The notes: a model not told the origin generated them from the sequence alone. DNA of 64,000 nucleotides from Candidatus Falkowbacteria bacterium (GCA_003518055.1 DOZJ01000002.1:235097-299096), one strand, 5' to 3'. Numbered from the stretch's first letter, positions 1-10,400 are shown. Translations and numbers: made by a program.

Positions 1-314
1 TTTGATATTTAAAATATTATACGGTTATGGTTTCGATCGCAGCGTCATTTACAGGAGGGCAAATATAATTACACAGATGTTGATGACAATAAAGGTTTTG
101 AAAAATAAAGGCTTGTATTTTTCTCGCAGGAAAAAACTGATAATGATTGACAGCGGGGGAACCAAACAAATCGCCGGTAGCCAAAAATTTGGTGTGAAAA
201 AAAGCCGGTATGTGTTGAATCCAGTAGTATAAAACAACAAGAGTAGAGGCACGCATCCGATAATTGATACAAGATAAAAAGCATTTTTCATAGGATTAAG
301 CAATATCGAAATTA

Positions 315-1664
315 TTAACTGATGAGTGGCAAATTCGCGATTGTCTCGATCGCCTGAACATCCAAACCCTCAACCTTGAGATTTTTCATTCTTGGAATTA
401 TCGCTTTGGTGAAACCCAGCTTTTGCGCTTCCTTTAATCGTTTTTCCAAATTAAACACCGGCCGGACTTCGCCGCCGAGGCCGACTTCGCCGAGAATAAT
501 CGTGTCTTTTGGCAAGGTCAAATTTCTATAGCTCGAAATGATCGCTGCGACCACGGCCAGATCCAAGGCCGGATCTTTGGTTTTGATGCCGCCGACAATG
601 TTCAAATGAATATCTTGGTTTGATAAATTTATTTTAGCGCGTTTGGTTATCACGGCCGCGAGCATTTGCAGCCGGTTGATGTCATAGCCGGCGGTTTTCC
701 GCTGCGGATAACCGAATGGCGTCATGGAAACCAACGCTTGAACCTCCAACAAAAAAGCTCGTGAACCTTCGATCAAACATGAAACCACCGAGCCGGATAA
801 ATTTTGCAGATTTTCACCCAAAAATATTTTGCTGGCATTGGCCACTTCTTGCAGGCCTTTGTCCGTCATGCTGAAAACGCCGACTTCATTGGTTGAGCCG
901 AAGCGGTTTTTTACCGCCCGCAGCATCCGATAGCCGTGATATTTGTCGCCTTCGAGATAGAGAACCACATCAACCAAATGTTCGAGCGTTTTGGGTCCGG
1001 CCACTACGCCGTCCTTGGTCACATGACCGGTCAAAATAATCGGAACGCCCAAAGTTTTAGCCGTTTCCAACAGTTTTACCGTTACCGCCCTGATTTGATT
1101 GATGTTACCGGCTTCTCCTTCAACTTCTGCTGAATGAATCGTTTGAATCGAATCAATAATGGCCAGGCTGGGGTTGAGCGCGGTAATAGCGGCTATAATT
1201 TTTTCACACTGCGTTTCGCCCAAAAATTTCATTTGCTTTGGCGTGAAGTTCAACCGGTCAGCCCTGAGTTTTACCTGTCCAGCGGATTCTTCGCCTGATA
1301 TATATAAGGTCGGCCGGTTGAAAGTTTCAAAGGCCCGGAAGATTTGGAGCGCCAAAGTTGATTTCCCGATACCCGGTTCGCCGCCGAGAAGAATTAAACT
1401 GCCCGGCACCACACCGCCGCCGAGGACTTGATCCAGTTCATTCAGGTTGGTGCGCTGGCGGCTGATTTTATCTTGCGTTACCGTCGAAAAATCTTGCAAT
1501 TGTCCCAGATCAAACTTGATCGCCGCGGCGCCCGGTTTTTTATTGTCCGCCATTTGCTCTTTTAGTGTACTCCAGGCGCCGCACGCCGAACAACGCCCAC
1601 TCCACTTGGAGAATTGGGCGTCGCATTTGGCGCAGGCAAAGATTGTTTTAGGTTGAGGTGTCAT
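315..1664 (-). CDS. radA: DNA repair protein RadA/Sms
   Basis: N-terminal C4 zinc finger (CAKCDAQFSKWSGRCSACGAW), Walker A GEPGIGKST, KNRFG motif and a C-terminal Lon-protease-like domain. The length (449 aa) is typical for RadA. Confidence 0.95.
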   Translation of the reverse strand: MTPQPKTIFACAKCDAQFSKWSGRCSACGAWSTLKEQMADNKKPGAAAIKFDLGQLQDFSTVTQDKISRQRTNLNELDQVLGGGVVPGSLILLGGEPGIGKSTLALQIFRAFETFNRPTLYISGEESAGQVKLRADRLNFTPKQMKFLGETQCEKIIAAITALNPSLAIIDSIQTIHSAEVEGEAGNINQIRAVTVKLLETAKTLGVPIILTGHVTKDGVVAGPKTLEHLVDVVLYLEGDKYHGYRMLRAVKNRFGSTNEVGVFSMTDKGLQEVANASKIFLGENLQNLSGSVVSCLIEGSRAFLLEVQALVSMTPFGYPQRKTAGYDINRLQMLAAVITKRAKINLSNQDIHLNIVGGIKTKDPALDLAVVAAIISSYRNLTLPKDTIILGEVGLGGEVRPVFNLEKRLKEAQKLGFTKAIIPRMKNLKVEGLDVQAIETIANLPLIS

Positions 1665-3241
1665 GATGTCCCGAAATATTTTTTAACATTTTCTTCAACC
1701 TTTTCTTCCCACTTATCGTTAAATTTGCATAAAGCATCCGCTTTACCTCCAGAGGTATAATGCGGGGCGTTTGATAACCCCAACTTTGACCAGTCGAAAT
1801 TTCTTGGATCAGTATGGCCGCTAGAACTTTCACAATGTGCCCTGATATGAGCGTTGTCAATGGTAACGTTTGTCCGTGTACTGATTTGTAATAATAAATT
1901 ATTCAAACTGATATACTGTGCCGGAGCCAAGGCTAGGTTACACTTGCGTCGGGCTGCCTCTGGACTGTCACAGCCTGGGAATTTGGCTTTTATTACTTCA
2001 CCGGTTTTTTTGTTTTTGAAATAATAAAATCCTTCCTTACAAGCTTTAACGCATTCATCGATTCTGCTATAAATCCATGATGTCGATAATGATCTTTGAA
2101 GATCAATTCCGATCGAGACTTTGTTCCATTTTGTATTTGCGTGGTGGGCTATTTTTGACTCATCAACAAGTTGATAAATCGCTCCTGATGTTTCGATCAC
2201 ATAATGCGAAGATATGCATGCCCCCGGTGTTACCCCACCCCGCAGACAATTTCCGTGCCAACCATTCGCCGTCGCAGCCGCCCCTCTGCCAGTATCGTGA
2301 AGGATAACATATGAAACTTCGGATCTGTCTCTTTCATAAAACGTATCACAGCCGAGAATATTAATTAGATTCTTATTCCCACTACCATCCCCAACTGGAG
2401 GGGATTTTTGGCAAGTCGTGTTGTGGGCGGTCAGTGAGGATTCGGGCACAGCATCGGATGGAATTGGGGCGCTGTTCTCTTCTGTATGAAATTCTTCTCC
2501 GGCTTGTAATTCCAGTTCAACAGCATCTATCAATTCAAGATTGATGGATTGAATGTTCACTAAATCCGGATTAATATTAACCAATATAATATATGAAGAA
2601 AGTAAAATAATTAATCCAAACAAAGACGAAAAAATAAACTTTTTTCCACTCGACACCAAGCCAGGGTTTGCCCCAGCCGAAAGGATCAGAATACCACCGA
2701 CGATTATCATCAAAATCGCGAACATGGCTCCGAGCATAAAGCCGTATTTATATAATCCAACCACGCATTGGCCGATCCAATTAAATGCCGCGGTGGCACC
2801 AAGGCTGCTCTCGACCGGCTGGAGATTGCAATACGAGCCTATGACTGGAAGGTTCGGAGGATTGAATATTACTTTTTCCCCTTCGTCAGTCTCGGCCGGC
2901 GTGTCAGTCGCAGCCGGTGTCTGACTGCTGTCCAAAGGGTAAAGATTTTTTGTTTCGGTCGTTTTGAAGCAGTAATTCAAACTATGAGATGACGTGTCGC
3001 CGGTTTTGCACTCCCAATCAGCCTCCGCGCCGCCATAATCGGTCGCGCAATTCGCAGCGGTCTGGCAGACGCAAAATTGGTTGTCTTTAGCTGTTAAATC
3101 GCTCAATTGGCACTTGTTTGATTCACACTCGGCACCGGTCAAATCCGCGCACGGCAAGCCGATTTTAGTGGCCCCGGCCTCAACCGCTTGGGGCAGGAGA
3201 AATATCACTGCGGTGAAAATAGCCAAAATAAAATTGCGCAT
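1661..3241 (-). CDS. Secreted fusion of a Cys-rich two-TM VirB2/TrbC-pilin-like N-terminal region to a C-terminal N-acetylmuramoyl-L-alanine amidase (Amidase_2/PGRP-like)
   Basis: Signal peptide MRNFILAIFTAVIFLLPQAVEA, a Cys-rich region, then two adjacent hydrophobic helices (CVVGLYKYGFMLGAMFAILMIIVGGILIL and FIFSSLFGLIILLSSYIIL). The C-terminal part carries Amidase_2-like motifs (ILHDTGRG, NGWHG, SSHYVIETSGAIYQLVDE, AHHAN, SIGIDLQ). Its stop overlaps the radA start by 4 nt (ATGA). Confidence 0.7.
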   Translation of the reverse strand: MRNFILAIFTAVIFLLPQAVEAGATKIGLPCADLTGAECESNKCQLSDLTAKDNQFCVCQTAANCATDYGGAEADWECKTGDTSSHSLNYCFKTTETKNLYPLDSSQTPAATDTPAETDEGEKVIFNPPNLPVIGSYCNLQPVESSLGATAAFNWIGQCVVGLYKYGFMLGAMFAILMIIVGGILILSAGANPGLVSSGKKFIFSSLFGLIILLSSYIILVNINPDLVNIQSINLELIDAVELELQAGEEFHTEENSAPIPSDAVPESSLTAHNTTCQKSPPVGDGSGNKNLINILGCDTFYERDRSEVSYVILHDTGRGAAATANGWHGNCLRGGVTPGACISSHYVIETSGAIYQLVDESKIAHHANTKWNKVSIGIDLQRSLSTSWIYSRIDECVKACKEGFYYFKNKKTGEVIKAKFPGCDSPEAARRKCNLALAPAQYISLNNLLLQISTRTNVTIDNAHIRAHCESSSGHTDPRNFDWSKLGLSNAPHYTSGGKADALCKFNDKWEEKVEENVKKYFGTS

Positions 3242-3242
3242 A

Positions 3243-4514
3243 TTATTTTAATTTGATTTTATGCACCGTATTTGTCTGCTTGTCAGTAAAAAACAAGCTG
3301 CTGCCGTCTTGGCTCACCTGCATCTGATTTATCGTATATTCGAATTCCGGTTCGGCAATAAAACTGGTGGCTCCGGTGTTGACATCGACTTTATAAATAT
3401 TATCAGGTTCATTGTCAGCCAGCTCCGGAAACCAACCGGCGCCTTCAGGCATTATTTTTGGCACGGCGCAGTACATGGTTGACGCGTTCGCAAAGGTGCA
3501 TTTATCAGCCCAAGTATTAAGGTTGATTTTTTTATGGTTATAACCGATCGCGTCAGGTGAAGCATCGGTCACATAGAGCTGCGGCTTGTTTTCAGACACA
3601 CTGTTGTGCGCGCTGTAAACCATTTTGTCGCCATCAGGATTGAATTGGAGCTGCACGCCAAATCCATTGACGTCAAGCGAGCGATAATTTTCATTGTTTG
3701 GCCCGATAAAATACAGAGTATTGAACTCGCCGCTGGTCGCTTTTTCGTAAGTTGCGATAATTTGATTATTCGGAGACCAGTTGACTTTGACTTTATTATC
3801 TTTGTTGCCGAGAAACTCGACATATTTTTGGCCGGAGCCGTCGGCGCTCGATGTCCCGATAAACCGTTTATCCACATTGGCGTCCATATCTTTGAACGCA
3901 ATTTGGCTTTCGGTTGATGAGAAATCAAAATCAGTCCAGTTGGCCGGCAGCGTAGTTTGAGTTTGAGTTTGAAAATTATAAAGCACATTGGTGCCGTCAG
4001 GAAATTCCATTATGGCTTTTTCAGAGTTTTCAGCCCAAGTAATATTTTTAACTTCGGGAAATCGTCGTTCACTCAATAAGGTCTTTTTCCCATTGCCGTC
4101 GATGCGGTAAAATTGGTCGGTGTCTGAATTGTAGCTCATCAGGTTGTTACCGCTGGCATCAAGACTCATGAACGGGGTAATGCTTAAATCCAAATCGGTG
4201 ATTGATGTTACTCCGCCCGCCGCTGTCTCGGTTGTTGTCTCGGTTGGGATATTCGCCGGTCGGCGCGTTATCAGGCTTTCGGTCACTCCGGGGACTTCCG
4301 GTCCTGTCGGTCCGGTTTCCTCGCCTTTTCTTTCTCCTGAGAGTGGGAGGTCAGACAATTCTTCGGGCGTTAATTCCTCCGGTCCGACCTCTATGACCGG
4401 CCCGCGAAAAAACAAATAATAAATCGCGAACGCGAGGGCTCCAGTGATCAGGATAAAACCAATAACCATGAGGATTTTTTTTAGAGTCAGGATCGGCAGG
4501 TTGAAATTGGGCAT
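3243..4514 (-). CDS. Membrane-anchored TolB-like/PD40 beta-propeller repeat protein
   Basis: N-terminal TM helix (ILMVIGFILITGALAFAIYYLFF), a Pro/Glu/Thr-rich linker, then repeated WSPNNQ/FNPDGDKMVYSA-type beta-propeller blades. It sits 1 nt upstream of the amidase gene, so the two are probably in one operon. Confidence 0.6.
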   Translation of the reverse strand: MPNFNLPILTLKKILMVIGFILITGALAFAIYYLFFRGPVIEVGPEELTPEELSDLPLSGERKGEETGPTGPEVPGVTESLITRRPANIPTETTTETAAGGVTSITDLDLSITPFMSLDASGNNLMSYNSDTDQFYRIDGNGKKTLLSERRFPEVKNITWAENSEKAIMEFPDGTNVLYNFQTQTQTTLPANWTDFDFSSTESQIAFKDMDANVDKRFIGTSSADGSGQKYVEFLGNKDNKVKVNWSPNNQIIATYEKATSGEFNTLYFIGPNNENYRSLDVNGFGVQLQFNPDGDKMVYSAHNSVSENKPQLYVTDASPDAIGYNHKKINLNTWADKCTFANASTMYCAVPKIMPEGAGWFPELADNEPDNIYKVDVNTGATSFIAEPEFEYTINQMQVSQDGSSLFFTDKQTNTVHKIKLK

Positions 4515-4570
4515 AATTTTATTTTAATTATATTTTTATTTTTTTCCGCCTCGGCGGATGGTGAATTTAT

Positions 4571-5275
4571 TTAGAGAAACCATGATTTCAAGAGATCAAA
4601 CAACGCTCCGGTTAAGGCGACCGCACCAATTGCTAGCGCTGCCCCCAAAATTATAATAAACCAAAGGGGAAAACTGCAGCCACAGCAAGTCCCACCCCCG
4701 CAGCCGAGTGAAAGAACCAACCTCAAAATCATTCTTTTTACAAATTGTTTTTTCTTTTTTTCCTCATTGGCCGCGGCCAATTGAAGGTCCGGTTCATCGT
4801 CCATCATTTCCGGCATTGATTCGGTTTCCTCATTCTCATCTTCAAAATCCGGTTCAGTCATTTCCTCTTCTTGTGGTTCTTCTTCGTTGTTTAATTCAGG
4901 ATTTGTTTGTTGTTGTTCCTCCCTTTTGTCCCTTCGCGCGCGGCGCAGGGTGCTTTCAATGCTTTGGGGGCCGGCCGCGTCAAAGGATGCTGGAGTCATA
5001 GGTGCAAAACCGGCTTCGTTTTGGTTTTTTATGCGGTTGATGGGTTGTTCTGAATTGATTTCAGGAACGCGGAACTGAGGTGCGGGGGTGGGCGCTTCAA
5101 GTCCGGTTTTTTGTCTCGCCAACTTGGATGTGCGATCTTGATTCAAAAGCGTGGCATACAGTTGTTCCGATGCGGTTGGTTTGGTCGGTCTTGAATTTTG
5201 ATTAACCGGCGGCGGTGTTTGATTTATTTGTGGGTTTGTTTGCGCCATGTTAAGTAAATTTGAGTGGCCACACAC
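4571..5275 (-). CDS. Hypothetical C-terminally membrane-anchored protein with an acidic low-complexity region and a CGGGTCCGC motif
   Basis: Long ORF with a Glu/Asp-rich segment (EPDFEDENEETESMPEMMDDEPD) and a C-terminal TM helix preceded by a Cys cluster. The true start is probably the internal MAQTNPQIN at about 5248. Confidence 0.45.
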   Translation of the reverse strand: MCGHSNLLNMAQTNPQINQTPPPVNQNSRPTKPTASEQLYATLLNQDRTSKLARQKTGLEAPTPAPQFRVPEINSEQPINRIKNQNEAGFAPMTPASFDAAGPQSIESTLRRARRDKREEQQQTNPELNNEEEPQEEEMTEPDFEDENEETESMPEMMDDEPDLQLAAANEEKKKKQFVKRMILRLVLSLGCGGGTCCGCSFPLWFIIILGAALAIGAVALTGALFDLLKSWFL

Positions 5276-5309
5276 GAAGAAGAATGAGGCCGCGCCTTAA
5301 AGCTAGTGG

Positions 5310-7694
5310 TTAGGTGATTTTTTGCAGTTCCTGATCAAGATGTTCGGTCAGAATTTTTTCGACCGAACGAGCTCCGATGTTCATCTCAAGACATTTGGCT
5401 GCCATGCTGTCGATTAGAGTTTGATCAAAATTAATAATTAGTCCTTGCTTTTCCAGTTTAAGGTTTTTGTTTTTCCATTTGTTTTTTAAGATTTTTTTCA
5501 GCGTTGTTTTATCCAGATGGTCAAAGAAGATTGTTTGATCAATCCGGTTGACGAATTCAGGCCGAAAAGATTTTTTCACTTCATCTAGCACGGATTCTCT
5601 GGCGTCACCGGCCCGGTCGCCGGAGCCAAAACCGAGAGACGTATTTTTTTCAAATCGTCGCATGCCGATGTTGCTGGTCATGACGATAATGGTGTTTTTA
5701 AAATTTATTTTTTTGCCGGTCGCGTCGGTCAAATGTCCATCTTCGAGAATTTGAAGCAGCAAATTCAAAACATCCGGGTGGGCTTTCTCGATTTCATCGA
5801 ACAAAACCAAAGAATACGGTCGTTTTTTGACTCCGTCGGTCAGTTTGTTGCCCTCTCGGTAACCTATATAGCCGGCCGGCGCGCCGATCAGTTTGGAGGC
5901 ATTGAATTTGTCGCTGAATTCAGACATGTCAATACGAATAAAGGCTTCAGCATCCTTGAAAACCCTTTCCGCCAGTTTTTTGGCTGTGTATGTTTTTCCC
6001 ACGCCGCTTGGACCGAGGAATAGAAATGAACCAAGCGGTCGATCCGTATCGGTTAAACCGGAGTAAGACCGTCGGAGGTGAGTGATGATTTTATCAATCG
6101 CCTGATCCTGTCCGATGACCTCTTTTTTGATTTCCTGTTGAATTTTTCGCAGGAGATTTAGCCGCGACAATTGCAAGTCGGCCAGCGGAATTTTGGTTTT
6201 CTGCGCCACGACTATGATTATATCTTCTTTGGCAATGATCGGCGGCTGGTCCGTTAGGTTTTGCAGCAAACATTTTTTGCGGTCGGTAAAAGCGAGCAGT
6301 AGATCTTTTTCCTGTTTTTTTATTGTAATGGCCAGATTAAAGTCCTCACTATCGATGGCCTGTTTTTTTTGCAATCGGAGTTCGGTCAGTTGGCTTTCCA
6401 TCAAGGTTAAATCATCAAAATCTTTATTTTTTTGCCGGTTGATTTTCTTGGCGGCCGCCGCTTCGTCCAATAGATCAATGGCTTTATCCGGCAGCAATTT
6501 GTCCTGAATATATTGAACGCTGAGATCGATTGCCGCCTCGATCGCCTCAGGTGAAAATTTTACATGATGGAAGCGCTCATAATTTTCAGCAATTCCGGTT
6601 AAAATTTCGTGGGCTTCTTCCACTGTCGGTTCATTGAGGTTAATCGCTTGGAACCGGCGTTCGAGCGCCGGATCTTTTTCAATAAACTTTTTATATTCTT
6701 CATGAGTAGTGGCTCCGATGCAATGGAGTTCTCCTCGAGCCAAGATTGGTTTCAGCAGATTTGCGGCGTCCATTGTCCCTTGGGATGAACCCGCTCCCAC
6801 GAGATTGTGAATTTCATCGATGAAAACAATGACGTTTGAGTCGTTTCTCACTTCATCAATCATGGCTTTGATTCGGCTTTCAAAATCTCCGCGATACATG
6901 GTTCCGGCAATCATGGAGCCGAGGTCGAGCGATAAAATCTTTTTATTTTTGAGACTGTGAGGCACTTCTCCGAGCAGGATTTTTTTGGCCAGACCCTCAA
7001 CCAGCGCAGTTTTACCAACACCGGCGTCTCCGAGAATTATAGGATTGTTTTTATCCTTTCGCGACAAAATATGGATCATCCGTTCCAATTCGGTTTCCCG
7101 ATTGATCACCGGATTCACGTTGACTTGGAAATTTTTATCAGTGAGATTGGTAGCAAAAAAATCAAGCACTCGGCGCGGCGCCGCGAGGTCATCCATGTCG
7201 TCGGTCTCGATTGAGTGATCATCTGTCCCATTGTTGAGGGCTTTGGTTAGATCAGGGAATTTGGAGTTGCCTTTGAGCATGGACTCAAGCTGGCCCTGCA
7301 TTTTTTTGAGCGGCAGCCGGTAAAGTTTAATCATGTAATCAAGCTCAGCCGGTGGATTTTTGAGCAACACAAACAAACAGTGCTCCGTGCCCAAATGCAA
7401 ATGCTTGTGCTGCCTCGCCAACTGCATGGCTTTTAACAGCAAATCTTTTGTGTCTTTTATTTCGCCCTGATCGTTTGGCTTTTGGTGAGATTTGTCCAGT
7501 AGCACCTTGCGCACATCATCAATCTGCAGTTTTTGCTGAGCCAAAAAATCATAAGCCAGACTTCCGCGGTGACTGAAAAGCGCCACCAAAAAAATATTGA
7601 GCGGAACCTCTTTGAGGTTTGACTTTTGGGCCAAATGCCCAGCCTCTCGGATGCAGGCGAGTAGATTGTCGGAAAATTTATCGGTTATGTTCAT
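5310..7694 (-). CDS. clpC: ClpC/ClpB-family AAA+ ATPase chaperone (two nucleotide-binding domains)
   Basis: Clp N-domain repeats at the N-terminus. NBD1 has Walker [19 protein letters not shown]2 has [15 protein letters not shown], and the sensor/arginine-finger regions are present. The length (794 aa) fits ClpC better than ClpB. Confidence 0.85.
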   Translation of the reverse strand: MNITDKFSDNLLACIREAGHLAQKSNLKEVPLNIFLVALFSHRGSLAYDFLAQQKLQIDDVRKVLLDKSHQKPNDQGEIKDTKDLLLKAMQLARQHKHLHLGTEHCLFVLLKNPPAELDYMIKLYRLPLKKMQGQLESMLKGNSKFPDLTKALNNGTDDHSIETDDMDDLAAPRRVLDFFATNLTDKNFQVNVNPVINRETELERMIHILSRKDKNNPIILGDAGVGKTALVEGLAKKILLGEVPHSLKNKKILSLDLGSMIAGTMYRGDFESRIKAMIDEVRNDSNVIVFIDEIHNLVGAGSSQGTMDAANLLKPILARGELHCIGATTHEEYKKFIEKDPALERRFQAINLNEPTVEEAHEILTGIAENYERFHHVKFSPEAIEAAIDLSVQYIQDKLLPDKAIDLLDEAAAAKKINRQKNKDFDDLTLMESQLTELRLQKKQAIDSEDFNLAITIKKQEKDLLLAFTDRKKCLLQNLTDQPPIIAKEDIIIVVAQKTKIPLADLQLSRLNLLRKIQQEIKKEVIGQDQAIDKIITHLRRSYSGLTDTDRPLGSFLFLGPSGVGKTYTAKKLAERVFKDAEAFIRIDMSEFSDKFNASKLIGAPAGYIGYREGNKLTDGVKKRPYSLVLFDEIEKAHPDVLNLLLQILEDGHLTDATGKKINFKNTIIVMTSNIGMRRFEKNTSLGFGSGDRAGDARESVLDEVKKSFRPEFVNRIDQTIFFDHLDKTTLKKILKNKWKNKNLKLEKQGLIINFDQTLIDSMAAKCLEMNIGARSVEKILTEHLDQELQKIT

Positions 7695-7712
7695 AGCTGT
7701 TTTATATAGAAA

Positions 7713-7994
7713 TCATTGAACTGTTCTTTTTCGTGTCCTGAAAGGATTGTCTGGGTCATTAACAAACAAATGTTGTTTTAATAATTCTACAACCTCTGGC
7801 AATCCTCGCAGCTTGTCAAGCTGGGTGTGGCATAGCAATTTTGTTTGGTCGACCATACCGAATTCGATACCTTGAATAATATCATTGATAATGCGGTAAT
7901 TTTTATCGTTGTTATATGCTTTCAAACCATCAACCAAAGATTGGTGATTAGCTGATAATTCAACTTTTTTCATCCCAAATAGTTCTAAGTCCAT
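7713..7994 (-). CDS. Hypothetical small protein
   Basis: 93-aa ORF packed between clpC and htpX on the same strand, with no recognisable motif. Confidence 0.4.
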   Translation of the reverse strand: MDLELFGMKKVELSANHQSLVDGLKAYNNDKNYRIINDIIQGIEFGMVDQTKLLCHTQLDKLRGLPEVVELLKQHLFVNDPDNPFRTRKRTVQ

Positions 7995-8058
7995 ATGATA
8001 TAGAAGTAATTTTAATCTTATTGCGTTTAACTAAGCGTTAAACTCTATCCGCTGCCCG

Positions 8059-8943
8059 CTATCTCCCCATTTCCCGCAGCTTTTTCACACGGTCAGTAAT
8101 CGGCGGGTGAGTGGAAAATAAATGGCGGATTTTTGAATCTTGGCCAAAAAACGGACTGGCGATATAGAGGTGGGCGGTGGCCGAGTTGGCTCGCCGCATC
8201 GGTTGATGATAGGTCGAAATTTTTTCCAAGGCGCTGGCCAAACCTTCGGGGTATCTGGTCAAAAGCGCGCCGCTGGCATCAGCCAAAAATTCTCGGCGGC
8301 GAGAGACGGCCAGTTGAATCATTTTCGCGATCAATGGTGACAAAACCATCAGAATCAATCCGGCAATCATGATGATCGCGCCGGCATTGCCTTTGTTGTC
8401 TCGGCTGCGTCCGCTGAGAAAATTCATTCTGAGGAATATGTCGCTGAGCAGCGCGATGAAACCGACGAGCACAATGACGATCATCATCAGGCGAATATCA
8501 TAATTTTTAATATGACCAAGTTCATGCGCTATAACTCCCTCGAGCTCTTCATTTTCCAACGTGTTAATAATGCCCGTGGTGACGGCGATTGAAGCGTGCT
8601 GTGGGTCTCGGCCGGTGGCAAAGGCGTTTGGCGCCGGGTCGTCGATAATATAAACTTTCGGCATGGGCATCCCGGCGGTGATCGTCAGATTTTCCACCAT
8701 GTTCCAAACATAAGTGTTATCATTTTTGGTTATTTGTTCGGCTCCGGCCGTCGTCAGCGTGATTTTATCTCCGCTGAAATAGCTCACCCCCGCCATGACC
8801 AAGGCGATAACCCCGGCGATTATCAGCGCGTCAATACCATAGCCCATTTGATAAAAAACAAAACCGATCGCCAAGACAAAGGCGACGAATAGTACCATGA
8901 GCAGGATGGTTTTTCGATTATTTGAATCTATCTCGTTATACAT
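8059..8943 (-). CDS. htpX: Zinc metalloprotease HtpX (peptidase M48)
   Basis: N-terminal TM helices, the HELGHIKNYD zinc-binding motif and the overall HtpX architecture (294 aa). Confidence 0.9.
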   Translation of the reverse strand: MYNEIDSNNRKTILLMVLFVAFVLAIGFVFYQMGYGIDALIIAGVIALVMAGVSYFSGDKITLTTAGAEQITKNDNTYVWNMVENLTITAGMPMPKVYIIDDPAPNAFATGRDPQHASIAVTTGIINTLENEELEGVIAHELGHIKNYDIRLMMIVIVLVGFIALLSDIFLRMNFLSGRSRDNKGNAGAIIMIAGLILMVLSPLIAKMIQLAVSRRREFLADASGALLTRYPEGLASALEKISTYHQPMRRANSATAHLYIASPFFGQDSKIRHLFSTHPPITDRVKKLREMGR

Positions 8944-8953
8944 ATATTATTTT

Positions 8954-9010
8954 GTCACCCTGAGGCTCTCGAAGGGTAACGACATGCTTCGAGTGCCTCA
9001 GCATGACAAG
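8954..9010. repeat. Dispersed palindromic intergenic element containing the shared 13-mer TTGTCATGCTGAG (copy 1, reverse orientation)
   Basis: GTCACCCTGAGGCTCTCGAAGG...CTTCGAGTGCCTCAGCATGACAAG forms a long imperfect hairpin. The same 13-mer core recurs at 9674-9707 and 48984-49035. Confidence 0.6.
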
Positions 9011-9098
9011 AAGCGTGTTTGTCACCATGCTTGCCCCGCTGGATTGTCCTGCGGGGAACTTGCCTGCCGTAACGATAGTGTAGGCGAGTTATTAGTAA

Positions 9099-9662
9099 TC
9101 ATTTAAACACTTTCGGCGGTAATTTTTTTGGCCACTGACCAGTTTCCCTTTGCATCGCGATTTTCCACAGCAGATCACCGACGCGACCGTTGCCGTCTTC
9201 AAATGGATGAATCTCTTCAAATTCCTTGAAATAATCAGTTGGAGTTAGTGGTGGCCGACCCCAGTCGTCAGGATCGGTTGAAAATCCGTCTCGCAGCTGC
9301 TCCGCCAGCGCCGTACAAAGAGTTTCCATGGCTTGGGAGATTTTCGCTGGCTCGAGAGCAAATTTTCCATTCGCGAATCCCGCGGGAACTCGACGGAAGC
9401 CTTTTTTATTTCTTGGGTCGGTCAATTCAGCCCAATGTAGTATCATAACTAATAAATCATCTGCTGTTATGGTCGCAAATTTTTCTCCTGAGGCGAACAT
9501 TCTCTTGGCTTGAGCATACGCGGCGGCAAAGCCCCGTACATCGTCATCTTCAATCGCGTTTTGCTGTATACATTGCTTGATTATCAATCTGATGTCCGTC
9601 ATGGTTAAATCATCAGGGAATTTTAGATGTGTATAGGTTTTTTCGGGTTTGGGTCGTTCCAT
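9099..9662 (-). CDS. Fic/DOC family protein (putative adenylyltransferase/toxin-like)
   Basis: Canonical Fic motif HPFEDGNGRVGDL in a 187-aa protein. Confidence 0.8.
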   Translation of the reverse strand: MERPKPEKTYTHLKFPDDLTMTDIRLIIKQCIQQNAIEDDDVRGFAAAYAQAKRMFASGEKFATITADDLLVMILHWAELTDPRNKKGFRRVPAGFANGKFALEPAKISQAMETLCTALAEQLRDGFSTDPDDWGRPPLTPTDYFKEFEEIHPFEDGNGRVGDLLWKIAMQRETGQWPKKLPPKVFK

Positions 9663-9673
9663 ATAATTTTTTT

Positions 9674-9707
9674 ACCCTGAGCCGGCCTGCCGGCTCAGCA
9701 TGACAAG
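9674..9707. repeat. Dispersed palindromic intergenic element (copy 2, reverse orientation)
   Basis: ACCCTGAGCCGGCCTGCCGGCTCAGCATGACAAG is a hairpin sharing the CTCAGCATGACAAG core with copy 1 and, in reverse complement, TTGTCATGCTGAG with copy 3. Confidence 0.6.
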
Positions 9708-9845
9708 AATAAATAGTATACAGTCATCAATGATGCGGACACGCAGCTGCTGCCTATCCGCACGCTTTATAACTATATCGGCTTGAAAGTCTTTAGCCTA
9801 TCAAGTTTTTGTAACGTTTCGTAATTTTTTGTAATTTCGTAACCC

Positions 9846-10400
9846 CTAAAACTCAACCTTAACATTTTCTTTTTCCGTCGCATCAGCCTCAAAGAATTCA
9901 TACTTCTTGAATCCGAGCAGTCCAGCTACCAAATTGTTCGGGAAAATCTGAACCTTGGTGTTGAAATCCCGGACGTTACCATTGTAGAATCGGCGTGCCG
10001 CTTGGATTTTATTCTCGGTATCGGAGAGTTCATCTTGCAGTTTCAAAAAGTTTTGATTGGCTTTTAGATCAGGGTAAGCTTCGGCCAAAGCAAAGATTGA
10101 TTTCAAGGTTTGTGACAGCATATTTTCAGCTTCACCCTTGTCATGAGCACCACTCGCGTTCATAGCGTTGGTGCGGGCTTCGGTCACTTTTTCAAAGGTC
10201 GCGCTTTCGTGGCTGGCATAGCCTTTGACCGTATTCACCAGATTTGGTATCAAATCATAGCGGCGTTTGAGCTGAACATCAATATCTGACCAAGCCTCAT
10301 CGGTCCGATTTTTGAGCTTGATCAGGCCATTGTAAATGCCAATGAGCCAGAGCGCCACCACGACCACTACGGCTAGAACAATATAACCTAATTTGTCCAT
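9846..10400 (-). CDS. lemA: LemA family protein
   Basis: N-terminal TM helix plus the LemA signature (NGLIKLKNRTDEAWSDIDVQLKRRYDLIPNLV ... RRFYNGNVRDFNTKVQIFP). Confidence 0.9.
   Translation of the reverse strand: MDKLGYIVLAVVVVVALWLIGIYNGLIKLKNRTDEAWSDIDVQLKRRYDLIPNLVNTVKGYASHESATFEKVTEARTNAMNASGAHDKGEAENMLSQTLKSIFALAEAYPDLKANQNFLKLQDELSDTENKIQAARRFYNGNVRDFNTKVQIFPNNLVAGLLGFKKYEFFEADATEKENVKVEF

Noticed and set aside
2-303. Several short overlapping ORFs at the 5' end of the window (2-232 +, 17-256 -, 49-303 -, 69-284 -)
   Set aside because: Mutually overlapping frames in an AT-rich intergenic or promoter region upstream of the radA operon terminus. There are no motifs and no RBS, so they are most likely non-coding.
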